DNA of 25,460 bases from an uncultured Nitrososphaerota archaeon (GCA_964636085.1 CAZWPQ010000032.1:1-25460), one strand, 5' to 3'. Shown: positions 1 through 10,858, counted from the stretch's first letter. Notes: a model not told the origin generated them from the sequence alone. Translations and numbers: made by a program.

Positions 1-1
1 A

Positions 2-166
2 TTATTCATGATACTTCTAGAGGATCAGGTAGTGCTTGGGGGAGTATGGCCCAAGGGGCTGGCAGAGGCGATAAGCGAGAATGAGAAAATATTGGATGGA
101 GTATTATATGCATTCCTAGAAAGACCAGACAATTGGAAAGAGTTGTTTGTGGTTTATGCACCCTAG
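2..166 (+). CDS. 3' end of a hypothetical protein running in from the window edge
   Basis: Open frame from base 2 to TAG at 164-166: LFMILLEDQVVLGGVWPKGLAEAISENEKILDGVLYAFLERPDNWKELFVVYAP*. T-rich tract downstream. Confidence 0.6.
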   Translation, partial: LFMILLEDQVVLGGVWPKGLAEAISENEKILDGVLYAFLERPDNWKELFVVYAP

Positions 167-597
167 ACAACGTCGCTGGGTCTTACAGTCTATTTTTTAT
201 TGATGGCCTATCAAAGAAGATGAGGTTCCTGAGGACGATTTACACATCTATGAGACATCCGTTATTCTAATCCCCATATCTAATGACTCATAAGATTAAC
301 TAATGTTGGCCCTAAATTGGTTACTTAATTGTTTAGGAAATTTAGAGTTTCTGGTCGATGGATAGGAAAATTCGTTGCTAGGTATAATAAATTTGGGGCG
401 ACTCTATATACATCAAGAAATAGCTCATATGAAAATATAGCTCCTTAAAGATAATTTCCATGCTTACTTCTTTTTGGGTTTTTTCATCTATCTTTATAGA
501 ATAATACCATGTTATTAACGACGTTTGAAGAGGCGTATGACAAAACTTTAATAAAAGATTATCTCCCGATATACTGCCGTAATTGAGAGTGATTACG

Positions 598-798
598 ATG
601 AAGGTCGTATCCATTAGACTGCCAGACTGGATCATTGATCTTATAGATAGGCTATGTGAGAAAGGTATTTTTATATCTCGATCTGAGTTCATTCGATATG
701 CTATTAGGGCCGCCTTGAAGAGGTACGAGAAGGAACTAAAGGAGATTGATACCTCGGAGGGCAGAATGTTAAGGATTGCTTGGAAGGTCAGGGAGTAG
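598..798 (+). CDS. Ribbon-helix-helix (CopG/Arc/MetJ) transcriptional regulator
   Basis: MKVVSIRLP beta-strand followed by IDRLCEKGIFISRSEFIRYAIR. ATG at 598 follows GAGTGA and is preferred over TTG at 583. Confidence 0.85.
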   Translation: MKVVSIRLPDWIIDLIDRLCEKGIFISRSEFIRYAIRAALKRYEKELKEIDTSEGRMLRIAWKVRE

Positions 799-870
799 TT
801 GAATATTTCTCTACATTTTATTATATCACATATTTTTCTTTCTGATTTTTTAGTGGTTGTGTGCCAAATA

Positions 871-1734
871 ATGATGAAAAATTATCCACGCATGGTGAAA
901 CCAGGGCATAACCCGTTTGATCCAGTAGAGCTAGCTATGATTACTGAAAAAATTGTTTGTAGAGATATGAATGGTTCTTGCGAAAGAAAATACGATTCCA
1001 TACATGTCGCTGGTGTTTATGGAGGCATATCTACTGGTTATGCGGTTGGTTGCTGTTTGAGATGCATATTCTGTTGGAGTCCGCCTTCAAGGGATTTTCC
1101 AGAGAGATATGGTAGGTTTATGTCGCCACAATCAGTATTTGCAGAGCTAAAAAGGAATGGCAAAAAGTCTGGAGTTAGGAAATGTAGACTATCTGGATGC
1201 GAACCAACTCTCTGCAGGAATCATCTTTTCGAATTACTTGAACTAGTGGAGGACGATCCATATTTCAATGTATTCATACTTGAGACCAATGGGATTTTAT
1301 TTGGCAATGATAAGGTTTATGTGAGAAGATTGACGGGTTTCTCCAAGATCTATGTACGTGTCTCCCTAAAAGCCAGCACACCAGAACATTTCGAGAGAAA
1401 GACCGGAGCCATAGCTAGCACATTCGATCTTCCTTTTAAAGCAATAGAATATCTAATGGAATATGAAATCCCCTTTCATGTCGCCGCTATGTCTTTGGAT
1501 CCAAGAATAATGAATCCAGATGAGAGAATATCCCTAGCTTTGAGACTGGCAGAAATAAGTCCCTCTCTACTCATTAGGCTTGAGGAGGAAGTGATGGATC
1601 CCTATAAAATGACACTAGTTAGACTAAGGTCAGCAGGCGTCAATGTTGAATGGCCCCTGCGGGCTATTTATGAGCTAATAAGGGATGTTTACATTAAGAT
1701 TATAAAGAAGGAAACTGCTGGTCAGAGACGCTGA
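871..1734 (+). CDS. Radical SAM protein (archaeal predicted Fe-S oxidoreductase, COG5014-like)
   Basis: CxxxCxxC motif (CCLRCIFC), SGCEP (GGEP-equivalent) and ILETNG. Likely start is ATG 871 or 874, not TTG 799. Confidence 0.85.
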   Translation: MMKNYPRMVKPGHNPFDPVELAMITEKIVCRDMNGSCERKYDSIHVAGVYGGISTGYAVGCCLRCIFCWSPPSRDFPERYGRFMSPQSVFAELKRNGKKSGVRKCRLSGCEPTLCRNHLFELLELVEDDPYFNVFILETNGILFGNDKVYVRRLTGFSKIYVRVSLKASTPEHFERKTGAIASTFDLPFKAIEYLMEYEIPFHVAAMSLDPRIMNPDERISLALRLAEISPSLLIRLEEEVMDPYKMTLVRLRSAGVNVEWPLRAIYELIRDVYIKIIKKETAGQRR

Positions 1735-1824
1735 AGGTTTGTCATCTATACGAGTATTTATATCTGGAGTTCTATAATAATGTAGTAGATATGGTCAACT
1801 TTAAATTTTTTAGGTGTCCAAGTA

Positions 1825-2754
1825 GTGGTACATATTGCCATCATAGGAACAGGAAAAGTGGGTTCTGCCTTAGCCTATACATTGGCATTTGAGCCATACG
1901 TTGATAAAATAACGTTGGTTGATGTGATTCCGAAGTTATCCTTGATGATTAAGGAAGATATTTATCATGGCATATCCTTGGGTAGTGCAGAGATACATAT
2001 AGAGAGTTTTGAGGATTGCCGCATGGTTAAGGATGCAGATATAATCGTAATTTCTGCTGGCTATCCGAGGACCCCTGGGATGAGTAGGAGGGACCTAGCT
2101 AATAAAAATGCTAACATAATCAAGGAGATTGTACTAACTCTAAAACCTAATAATCATGGCGCATGGTATATCATCATCACCAATCCTGTGGATCCGTTAG
2201 CAACGCTTGCACAGAGATTATTGGGCGAGGACGGCAAGGTGATAGGAACTGGCACATGTCTTGAGGCTGCGAGATTTAAATATATACTATCTAGAAAACT
2301 ATCTCTCCCAATAAATGCTATTGAGGCTTATGTCGGTGGGGAACATGGTGAAGAGGCAGTTCTACTTTGGAGTATGGTAAGAATAAACGATAAACCCTTG
2401 AAACAGTACTTAAAAGAAAGCAGTGTCTCCCTACATAGGAGTGAGATCGAGGAATATGTAAAGGGAATCAGTGTGGAGATAATAAAGGCCCAAGGAGCCA
2501 CCATATGGGGCCCGGCTAGGGCATTTCTAGAAATAATAAGAACCATTGTGCTAAACACTGGAAGAATACTTTGCTTCTCAACTCCAAGAAAATTTGAAGG
2601 GTTACCCAGCGAGGTATTCGTTTCCATTCCAACCAAGCTTGGAAGATCCATAGGCCCAGATCTCTGGCATTATCTAAGTAGTGATGAGCAAGAAGCTATA
2701 AAGAGGGCTGCTGTAGCAATATTCAACATATATAGAAATATTTCCTTTGATTAA
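1825..2754 (+). CDS. mdh: Malate dehydrogenase (LDH/MDH superfamily, LDH-like)
   Basis: Rossmann GTGKVG. SAGYPRTPGMSRRDL has Arg at the MDH specificity position. TNPVD and catalytic GEHG present. GGTG RBS before GTG. Confidence 0.85.
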   Translation: MVHIAIIGTGKVGSALAYTLAFEPYVDKITLVDVIPKLSLMIKEDIYHGISLGSAEIHIESFEDCRMVKDADIIVISAGYPRTPGMSRRDLANKNANIIKEIVLTLKPNNHGAWYIIITNPVDPLATLAQRLLGEDGKVIGTGTCLEAARFKYILSRKLSLPINAIEAYVGGEHGEEAVLLWSMVRINDKPLKQYLKESSVSLHRSEIEEYVKGISVEIIKAQGATIWGPARAFLEIIRTIVLNTGRILCFSTPRKFEGLPSEVFVSIPTKLGRSIGPDLWHYLSSDEQEAIKRAAVAIFNIYRNISFD

Positions 2755-2822
2755 ACTTTTTATTTGTCATTAGAATTTAATTATTTTTGTATTGCTGATT
2801 AGGCTTTCCTAGGGGCTGATCC

Positions 2823-3689
2823 GTGGATGAATTTAGGGTAGCATTTAGGATTGTTTTCGCTACGATCATCATAAATTTCGTTGTTATAGGCATAAAAATT
2901 TATCTTTATACACTAACAATGTCTATAGCCGTTCTGGCATATCTTGTTGATTCTCTTATAGACCTTTTAAATGATATTCTTGCAATGTATTCGACCCGCC
3001 TTTCATCGATGCCTGAGGACGCCGATCATCCATATGGACATACAAAATATGATGCATTCTTCTCTATTATTATCTCGTCCCTCATACTTGTGGGTTCTAT
3101 AGAAATCTTTAGAGAATCTGCAATCAGCATTATAAAGGGCGGACATACTGTTCATTTCGATTCACTAATACTTTCATTATTCTTTGTATTGATGTCTATA
3201 TACACCGCCATAGCTATAGTAGAATTTATATACGCTAGAAGGTTAGGAGTCGCCACCATGTCGTCTTCCGCACTACACTATATTACTGACCCACTTTTTT
3301 CATTTACAGTTCTCCTTGGAGTCTACTTTTCCTACCTTGGATTCATATACATTGATTATATATTGTCTGTCTCTACGGGGATCTTACTAACTTATCTTGC
3401 TATAAGACAAATAAAAAGGCAGACAACAGTCCTCGTAGACGCTGTTGTTTTTGATCCAAAATATATCCGGCAGCTCGTCATGAGCAAATTTCCAGAAGTC
3501 AGAGATATACATGAGATCAGATCCAGAACCGACGGATTTACCATATTTCTCGAGTTCCACCTATTGCTTGACCCTAGGATCACATTAAAGGAGGCGCACG
3601 ATAAGGCACATGAAATACAAGATTACCTACAAGAGCACTTTGGATTGGACAAAAAAATTAAGATTCTAATACATACTGAGCCGTCATGA
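2823..3689 (+). CDS. Cation diffusion facilitator (FieF-like) transporter
   Basis: Six hydrophobic segments, DSLID (TM2), HPYGH, HYITD (TM5), and a C-terminal dimerisation domain ending IHTEP. Confidence 0.92.
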   Translation: MDEFRVAFRIVFATIIINFVVIGIKIYLYTLTMSIAVLAYLVDSLIDLLNDILAMYSTRLSSMPEDADHPYGHTKYDAFFSIIISSLILVGSIEIFRESAISIIKGGHTVHFDSLILSLFFVLMSIYTAIAIVEFIYARRLGVATMSSSALHYITDPLFSFTVLLGVYFSYLGFIYIDYILSVSTGILLTYLAIRQIKRQTTVLVDAVVFDPKYIRQLVMSKFPEVRDIHEIRSRTDGFTIFLEFHLLLDPRITLKEAHDKAHEIQDYLQEHFGLDKKIKILIHTEPS

Positions 3690-3693
3690 ACAC

Positions 3694-4596
3694 TTAAACC
3701 CTAATCTTCGATAATTCCTCTTCGATTTCAGATAGTTTCTCCTTCAGTTTGCTATACCTACTAACGAACTCATCAGGAGTTATCTTGTCGAGAGACAAAT
3801 CCTTCTTAAGCTTGTTTATCTCCTCTATAATTTTGGCTTTTCTTTCCTCCAATTTGACGACTTTCTCATGAAGATCTGTAATTACTTCCTCAGCTATCTT
3901 CAATTCTGCGGGAAGTACAGTTTCAGTAATTACACCATCAACAATTTTGGATATTCTATCCGCGATTCTCGTTACAGAGATGTCATGTGTAACTATTATC
4001 ATTGTTTTATCAAACTCCTTGTTTAATTGCCTAAAAAGTTCAGCTATCTGCATCCCGGTCACACTATCGAGCTCACCAGTTGGCTCATCGGCCAGTATGA
4101 GTGGAGGATCATTCGCTAGAGCTGCCGCGATAGCTACTCTCTGTTGCTCTCCTCCTGATAATTCTGATGGTTTGTGATTCATTCTATGGCCCAGACCAAC
4201 CAGTTTTAATAGTTCTACGGCCCTCCTTTTTCTCTCTGATCTAGGTATACCCGCAAGCACCATTGGTAATTCTACATTCTCAATAGCTGTCAATGTAGGT
4301 ACAAGGTTAAAGAACTGGAATACTATACCAACCTTCCTCCTGCGATACTCGACAAGTTCTTTTTCTGGAAGATCAACAATATTTATACCGTCAACAATAA
4401 CCTTCCCGGCAGTAGGTTTGGTTATACCACCAATAATATTGATGAGTGTGGATTTTCCAGAGCCAGAAGGTCCAACTATCGCTCTTAACTCTCCCTTATC
4501 TACCCTCAGATTCAAGCCTCTTAGGGCGACGACCTCTATCTTGCCTGTCTTATACACCTTTATTAATCCTTCACATAATACTTCACTCATACCCAC
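3694..4596 (-). CDS. ABC transporter ATP-binding protein, LolD/MacB family, with C-terminal coiled-coil extension
   Basis: Walker A GPSGSGKS, Q-loop FQFFNL, signature LSGGEQQRV, Walker B ILADEPTGELD and H-loop VTHD. Confidence 0.95.
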   Translation of the reverse strand: MGMSEVLCEGLIKVYKTGKIEVVALRGLNLRVDKGELRAIVGPSGSGKSTLINIIGGITKPTAGKVIVDGINIVDLPEKELVEYRRRKVGIVFQFFNLVPTLTAIENVELPMVLAGIPRSERKRRAVELLKLVGLGHRMNHKPSELSGGEQQRVAIAAALANDPPLILADEPTGELDSVTGMQIAELFRQLNKEFDKTMIIVTHDISVTRIADRISKIVDGVITETVLPAELKIAEEVITDLHEKVVKLEERKAKIIEEINKLKKDLSLDKITPDEFVSRYSKLKEKLSEIEEELSKIRV

Positions 4597-4600
4597 TCAC

Positions 4601-7486
4601 CTAGTGTCTAATTCTTAATTCCTCTGTTAGTTCCTTCCTCAGCAGCAGGTATAGGGGAATAATCGACGAGACTATAAATATGATAAAAGCTAGAAACAAT
4701 ACGATTAGGAGTTCCACAGGTACAACAATGGCATAGCCGGGGGGAAGCTCGATGCTTATACCATTAAGCAAATACGGAAGAGAAAATACGGATACTAGCA
4801 GTCCATAGGAATACGCAATAGACACAAACAAACCAATGAGATACCCAAGAATGGTTATCACCAATGCCTCACCACCAATAATTCCTATTATATCCCTTCT
4901 AGACGCGCCCCTCGTCCTGAGGAGAGCAATCTCCCGGCGCCGCTCCATTATTGAGGAAACCATCGTCAACGCCATCCCGGCAATAGCCATAGATATCGAT
5001 AAATAGAACATAATAGTTGTGAATACACGCTGGTAAAGAAATATCCATAGGTTATCTATATCACGAATAGCCTTATCATATACAAATATGCTACTATATA
5101 TGCCCAAGTCCTCCAAGTTTTCCTTTACGCGGAGTGCGACATCTGTGGAGTTACCCTCGGCATCGATGAGCACAGTAGTTATGAGTATCCACGATCTATA
5201 CGTCTCAGATAATCTGTCCAATACAGAAAAACCAACAAAACCTATCACGTATTGTTGTGGATCCAACATCCCCGTGATCCCCGGCGCAAATTTGATGAAC
5301 CCAGCGACGCTAAAATCTAACACATACTCCCTGTCTTTTGGCCCTATACTGAACATAAATTCTTCACCAACCTTATAATCCCTTTGCCTCTTGGAGTAGA
5401 TAGATAATAAGACCCTATTTTTTGATTCAAGAACTTTTTTCGCATTATCAATAGAGGTATATTCTAGGTATTCATCTCTAAAGAAACTTATGTCAAAATA
5501 GTTTTCATTAACCAATACAAGTTGCTTATATTCCGTATAACTGCCTTGTTCCCCTGAATATACCATCGCAACCAAACATAGACCTTTGACACCATCTATC
5601 CCACTTATATTTCTATAAAGATCACCAGCATAGGTAACTGGTACACTTAGTGATACCCTTATATCCGCACCAGTGTAGAATTCAACATCCATCTTTACTC
5701 TCTTAGTGCTGGTGGCATTGTTTATCATGAAAAAGACGCCAAAGGAAAGTGTTAGTGCGATCAGCATTATGACCTTGTAGACCCTAGTCTTTCTCCTAAT
5801 GAAGTTCTCGACAGCAATTTTGCTTAGCTCTCCACTCAATGGCCTGGACAGGAAATAGAGTAGCTTATTGAGCCTCTCCGCCTTGGATGCAATCAATTTT
5901 GTGAATGCATAGGGAAATATGAATGGACCAATAAATACAGAAAAGAAGTATATGGCAAAGAAGGCTATCAGGGCGATAATTGTGAATGGTCCTGCCGCTG
6001 CTATGGTTTTTGATAGAAAACGTAGTGTTGGTAATGCAAATACTATTTCTATAATGCCCCAAGATGATAAGATTAGTAGTACCAATAGTTTTTTACTGAA
6101 CCTAACCTCGGCCTCTACCTCTTCGACATAATCTGCGAGGGCTACATCAACATCCAGATTGGAAACCCTCCTCGCTGGTAAAATAACGGATACAATAGCC
6201 AAGATCGACCCAAATATCAGTGCAGATTTGATATATGTCGGTGCGATCTCAGTTATGACTGAATGGGGATTTATGATAGAGACAAACTGTGTGGCATATT
6301 TACCCGTTATATAGATCGAGGAGAAATAGGCGATTGTTAGGCCCAAAGAACCACCAATACAACCTATTATGACCGCCTCCACAAGCAAACAAATGAATAT
6401 CTGCCTAGAAGTCATGCCCCTAACCTTCATCAGGCCTATCTCCATCCTCCTCTTATTCACAACTATCCAATTCGTAATCATGGCCAATAGAAATCCCAGG
6501 ATCACGATCGGTAACAACTGCAGAGCAAAACCAAATTTGACAAATGAAAACAATGTCCTCAATGTCGTTATCCTATCAAGTATAATGTTCTCAATACTAA
6601 ACATGAGCCCAGTATCCTGCAGTACCCGCCGAACCTCATTTTCTATACGCTCTAGTCTTCGAATAGAACCATCAAGATCCCATATATCCACAACGGACTC
6701 CTTGTCAATAAATACGCAAATGGGAACATAGGGAAACTTTGTGTTGTTTCCATTATAGTAAAAATATTTGCCCATAATTCTGTTGATAAAGCTATAGTTT
6801 TCAAACGATACGACCACCGCATAGTTCGGATTCAGAAATATGGGGAACTCCTCTCCCTCCCCACCAACAAGCCCTGGCAGGAAAGTTTCCTCCTCATAGG
6901 AACGCATCAACAACCATTTTACTACCTCAATATATCTCCCACCAAACCTATCAACATGCGAAACCATGCTGGTGAGATTCGTGCCATTGGACAGTATCAG
7001 TGCTACTTCATCACCAACAGTTACACCCAAATAATCAGCAATGCTAGATCCAAGCCCCATACCTCCATAAACATTTCCCTCAATCTCCAGACCTCTTGTG
7101 TCCGTCTCGGGATTTATGAAAAATATGTTCACAGAGGACTCAAACTCGGGCGATATGGAGGAAGAATTAATCCCCTCATGCGCCAACACTACCGATGCAT
7201 AAATATATCCAAACATATCACTATAATTCACACCATCAATAGCGTCAATTCTCTCCAATATAGACCGATAATTCTCCAAAACCGCTATATCACCCCCACT
7301 TATATCCACCCTCAAATCAACCAACACATCATCTAGTGCTCTATACATAGTGCCATATCCAACATAATCCGTCGATATAAATGAGCCATACACAAGAGAA
7401 ACTGCAAGCGTTATACCTATAAGCGTCCCAACCCAGGAGACCGGTCTCCTAAAACTGATCTTCAGACCATACAAAATGGCCGACAT
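4601..7486 (-). CDS. FtsX-like ABC permease with two FtsX domains (MacB/LolCE type)
   Basis: Two signature motifs (RRMEIGLMKVRG, RRREIALLRTRGAS), two large extracytoplasmic loops, and the ATPase gene 4 bp downstream. Confidence 0.92.
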   Translation of the reverse strand: MSAILYGLKISFRRPVSWVGTLIGITLAVSLVYGSFISTDYVGYGTMYRALDDVLVDLRVDISGGDIAVLENYRSILERIDAIDGVNYSDMFGYIYASVVLAHEGINSSSISPEFESSVNIFFINPETDTRGLEIEGNVYGGMGLGSSIADYLGVTVGDEVALILSNGTNLTSMVSHVDRFGGRYIEVVKWLLMRSYEEETFLPGLVGGEGEEFPIFLNPNYAVVVSFENYSFINRIMGKYFYYNGNNTKFPYVPICVFIDKESVVDIWDLDGSIRRLERIENEVRRVLQDTGLMFSIENIILDRITTLRTLFSFVKFGFALQLLPIVILGFLLAMITNWIVVNKRRMEIGLMKVRGMTSRQIFICLLVEAVIIGCIGGSLGLTIAYFSSIYITGKYATQFVSIINPHSVITEIAPTYIKSALIFGSILAIVSVILPARRVSNLDVDVALADYVEEVEAEVRFSKKLLVLLILSSWGIIEIVFALPTLRFLSKTIAAAGPFTIIALIAFFAIYFFSVFIGPFIFPYAFTKLIASKAERLNKLLYFLSRPLSGELSKIAVENFIRRKTRVYKVIMLIALTLSFGVFFMINNATSTKRVKMDVEFYTGADIRVSLSVPVTYAGDLYRNISGIDGVKGLCLVAMVYSGEQGSYTEYKQLVLVNENYFDISFFRDEYLEYTSIDNAKKVLESKNRVLLSIYSKRQRDYKVGEEFMFSIGPKDREYVLDFSVAGFIKFAPGITGMLDPQQYVIGFVGFSVLDRLSETYRSWILITTVLIDAEGNSTDVALRVKENLEDLGIYSSIFVYDKAIRDIDNLWIFLYQRVFTTIMFYLSISMAIAGMALTMVSSIMERRREIALLRTRGASRRDIIGIIGGEALVITILGYLIGLFVSIAYSYGLLVSVFSLPYLLNGISIELPPGYAIVVPVELLIVLFLAFIIFIVSSIIPLYLLLRKELTEELRIRH

Positions 7487-8039
7487 CTTGACACCAAAAA
7501 GACATAAACAATTAACACACTAAAAACCCATATATTTTCATCTAACAAATACAACACAACCACAGAAATCATCAAAATAATGCCCTAAAAAACAAACACA
7601 GACCCTCTGGGTCAGAATTCCTATAGAAAAACACCAGAATCTATATAAGGACTCAGAACAATACAACTACACAAATGTAACACTCCTAACAGCCAAACAA
7701 TAAACTTCACGGATCCCAAAAACACCAACAACACTTAAAGAATCAAAAAATAGGCCATGTCAATTTTGAGCCCCTGTCATTTATCCGTTGCGGAACTCAA
7801 TGCCTTGGCTATTCGGATTTAAAAGAAAGCATGTACATGGAATAGAGACCCATCATAAGACTACTGGATCTATGCAAGGTGCTGAGGAATGGATATGTTT
7901 TTGTTCTTGCTACTGGATTGAAATGAGCTTAAGACTCATTGTTTCCTTCGTTGATGTAAGTTAGATTATCATGGTAAAGTTAATATTTTTTAAGTTAAAA
8001 ATTTTTAGCTTAAATTCTATAGACTTAATAGGTGATTCC

Positions 8040-9545
8040 ATGCGTTATTTACCTGAGGTATTTATCAATAGAGAGAAAGAACTCACATTATTGAAGAAGT
8101 GGATTAGCGAGGGGACAAATGTCTTAATTGTTGGGCTTAGAGGGTATGGTAAGACTAGTATCTTTATGAGACTTCTCGAAGGAGTTGGATGCGATCCTCC
8201 TGGTGTCTATATTAACTGCTTAACAATATACTCTGGCAAGGATTTATTGAACGCTCTTCTCGATGAGTTAGAGGTACTCAATAGTAAGAGATGTATAGAT
8301 TTTGATAAAATGTTCTTTGAAGCCCAACTCTCCAGAGCTAAAGATGCTAGAGATTGTTTAAATATCACATATAAACTTCTGAAGCGGTATAGCGTAAAAT
8401 TTATTATCTTTGACGAAATATCGACTCTTTTGCGACGATTAGGCGTCCAAAGACCATTTAGAGGGGCTGGAGGGGCTAGGGCTGTGGCTGAGCACTTTAA
8501 GGCCATTCTCGATAGATATAGGGAAATTTCAACAATATTTGCTGATACATCTACTAACTTCCATTATGAATTATTTGGCAAGTATTCTGGGCCGCTCTTT
8601 AGACAATATCAGGCAATGCTAGAAATCGAATCATTGAGCTTAGGGGATTCTATAGAACTTATTCATGAGATTCTTAAGAGAAGAAATACGAGTTTGTCGG
8701 ATGAAATCATATTCTATATTGCTAATGTCAGTGGAGGGGTTCCAACATACATCGAAATGTTATTAGCCATAGCTGAAGAAGGCATGAGTATTCATGAATA
8801 TGATGCAAAAGTCGAGAGATCACTAATGCTTGGATTGTTGAATAGATACTTCGAAGCATTACTTGAGAAATTTTCATGGACGGAACAGGAAGTATTATAT
8901 GCCATAGCTAAGGGCATGACGAGATTTAGTGAGCTTCAAAGGAATATAGCGGGCAGTGCACAAGCACTCGATTCGCTAGTAAGGAAAGGCATCGTTGTAA
9001 ATGTAAAGAAGGGGCCCAGGGAATCATATTACTTGATAAAGGATAAGCTCTTCACGACATGGCTGGCGATTAGGGAGAAGCCTGGCATGAGAAAAATCTC
9101 ATTCAAAAAGGCACGCGTACTAACCATTGGCTTTGAGTCATTAGTCAGGGAGATATTCTTCACACTAAGAGAAAGTGCAACGATGAGAGACGAATTAGGT
9201 AGAGAAGTAACCATAAAGCCCCCCAAAAGAGTATATAGATACGAGGGGGCGTTGGGCGAGATCGATATGGTGGCTGAGTATGAGGATTATGTGATTGTCG
9301 GAGAAATATACTTTGGTGCTAAATGTGGTAAGAAGAAAGTCGATCAATTACTAAGAAACATTGCGATCGCAGAAAGACTGGGTCATAAAGTCCATTATGC
9401 AGTCCTGATATCCTACTTCGACTATCCAAAAGAAACCATAGAATATGCTAAAAAGATCTCAGAGGAAACACCAATACTATTACTATTACTCACAGAGAAG
9501 CAACTTAGGGAACTATCAGAGTACTCATTAATAAGACTGCCATAA
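8040..9545 (+). CDS. Archaeal ATPase (ATPase_2-like) with winged helix and C-terminal DUF234-like PD-(D/E)XK domain
   Basis: FINREKEL, Walker A GLRGYGKT, Walker B FIIFDE, GGVP motif, wHTH segment, and C-terminal GEIDMV..VGEI. ATG 8040 follows GGTGA. Confidence 0.85.
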   Translation: MRYLPEVFINREKELTLLKKWISEGTNVLIVGLRGYGKTSIFMRLLEGVGCDPPGVYINCLTIYSGKDLLNALLDELEVLNSKRCIDFDKMFFEAQLSRAKDARDCLNITYKLLKRYSVKFIIFDEISTLLRRLGVQRPFRGAGGARAVAEHFKAILDRYREISTIFADTSTNFHYELFGKYSGPLFRQYQAMLEIESLSLGDSIELIHEILKRRNTSLSDEIIFYIANVSGGVPTYIEMLLAIAEEGMSIHEYDAKVERSLMLGLLNRYFEALLEKFSWTEQEVLYAIAKGMTRFSELQRNIAGSAQALDSLVRKGIVVNVKKGPRESYYLIKDKLFTTWLAIREKPGMRKISFKKARVLTIGFESLVREIFFTLRESATMRDELGREVTIKPPKRVYRYEGALGEIDMVAEYEDYVIVGEIYFGAKCGKKKVDQLLRNIAIAERLGHKVHYAVLISYFDYPKETIEYAKKISEETPILLLLLTEKQLRELSEYSLIRLP

Positions 9546-9682
9546 ACTTAAAAAATCCTATACATCCCTTACTGTACAATAAAAAAAAGGAGGGATCCCC
9601 TAGGTAGACACCACAGAGAAAAACACAGCAAGTAGCATTAGGCAGAAAGGAACTTATGAAGTACCCGTAATCTCGGCCATTT

Positions 9683-10029
9683 TTAGCTAGGAGTTTGCCA
9701 GATTATGATGCCTTCTAGTGTAGCTATTCCTGTTATGTCTCCATAAACATCTTTATATTTATTATAATATTCAGCATCAACCATAATTATGTCTATAGGA
9801 TCATCAATAGCCCATACTATCTTTCTCCTTACTTTTGCTAAAAATTTGCGTTTTGTTTGTCTATCCAATTTTTCTCTTGAAACTACGAGAATATCCCAGT
9901 CGGAATTCTCAGCGTAATCACCCCGAGCTCTTGACCCAAAAGAATTATTTTTTCAATACTGATCCCAAATTCTTTAGAGGTTTCGATTAATAATTTCTTT
10001 ATAATGGCCAGTTTCTCCTCAAGATTCAC
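9683..10029 (-). pseudogene. Minimal nucleotidyltransferase (MNT) antitoxin, frameshifted
   Basis: GTG 10029 starts MNLEEKLAIIKK...EKIIL. One T is missing in the T-run near 9938-9941. Restoring it gives FGSRARGDYAENSDWDILVV, joined to ORF 9683-9868. Length 347 = 3n+2. Confidence 0.85.
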
Positions 10030-10041
10030 TCTTCCACACCA

Positions 10042-10427
10042 TCATAAAGATATCTTCTTCTTAACGAAGTCCCGCACTTTCTCAGCTATATCTATCGCCT
10101 CCTTTGTCTCACTCTCAAGAACTTCATAAGAGATCGGATATCGCACTTCTATGCCAATCGGATAGAGCTCATTGGCACCAATGTCGTATAGGCTGAGAAA
10201 ATCTGGATCAAATTCTGCGCACTTTTTTATGAGCCAGTCAATGTCATGAGTTTTCCTTAATGGTACATTCTTAGTAACTAGAAAAGCCTTTAGATATTTC
10301 TCAACTGCCTGTGTGCATGAAACAACGCATAATCATAAATACCAGCCCTAAGAAGCTCTTTTGCAGCTTGGATATTCCTATCTGCCTTTTTAACCCACTC
10401 TAAAGCCTTTTCAAAACTACTAGACAT
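10042..10427 (-). pseudogene. HEPN-domain protein, frameshifted
   Basis: ATG 10427 starts MSSSFEKALEWVKKADRN...ALFHA. After a 1-nt deletion near 10311 the frame continues QAVEKYLKAFL...KTHDI...EVRYP...KKKISL* (TGA 10042-10044). Length 386 = 3n+2. Confidence 0.85.
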
Positions 10428-10836
10428 AAAATATCCCGTGCAAATCATGGGATTTATATTTCTGAATAAACTAAAATATATGTTTTTTATTCGCAATATA
10501 GAATTGTTCTTTATCAATTGGTCCGAGGGGGCCAACTCCGATTTTGCTTATTATTTGCGGAACAATTCTACATGTCCGCTTTCTGGTACTACCATTATAT
10601 GACACCAACACCAAAATTGTTAGTGGCGATCCCTAAAAAATATTTTTACTCTATTGCGTCTTATGGTTTTATTATTTTTGTTTTCTAACTCTTTAAAACG
10701 TTTTTCGGATCATGATGTTATTTGCTTAATATGGAGATAGCATATTCTGGTCTCAAAGGATGCACATTTAGCACAGATGAAAGATGTTGCTTCGTTTCAC
10801 CATGAATAATAAATCCCCCGATTTAAGCATATTAGA

Positions 10837-10858
10837 TAGTGAGATACTTCCCTCACTA
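10837..10858 (-). terminator. Hairpin about 20 bp downstream of the kinase stop codon
   Basis: TAGTGAG (10837-10843) and CTCACTA (10852-10858) form a perfect inverted repeat. Confidence 0.3.

Noticed and set aside
7490-7750. A/C-rich low-complexity tract upstream of the permease
   Set aside because: No periodic unit or ORF; it continues the strand skew seen in the 5' part of the permease gene.
378-9226. Antisense or alternative-frame ORFs overlapping the RHH, mdh, CDF, ABC and ATPase genes
   Set aside because: They overlap well-supported genes and show no recognisable motifs.
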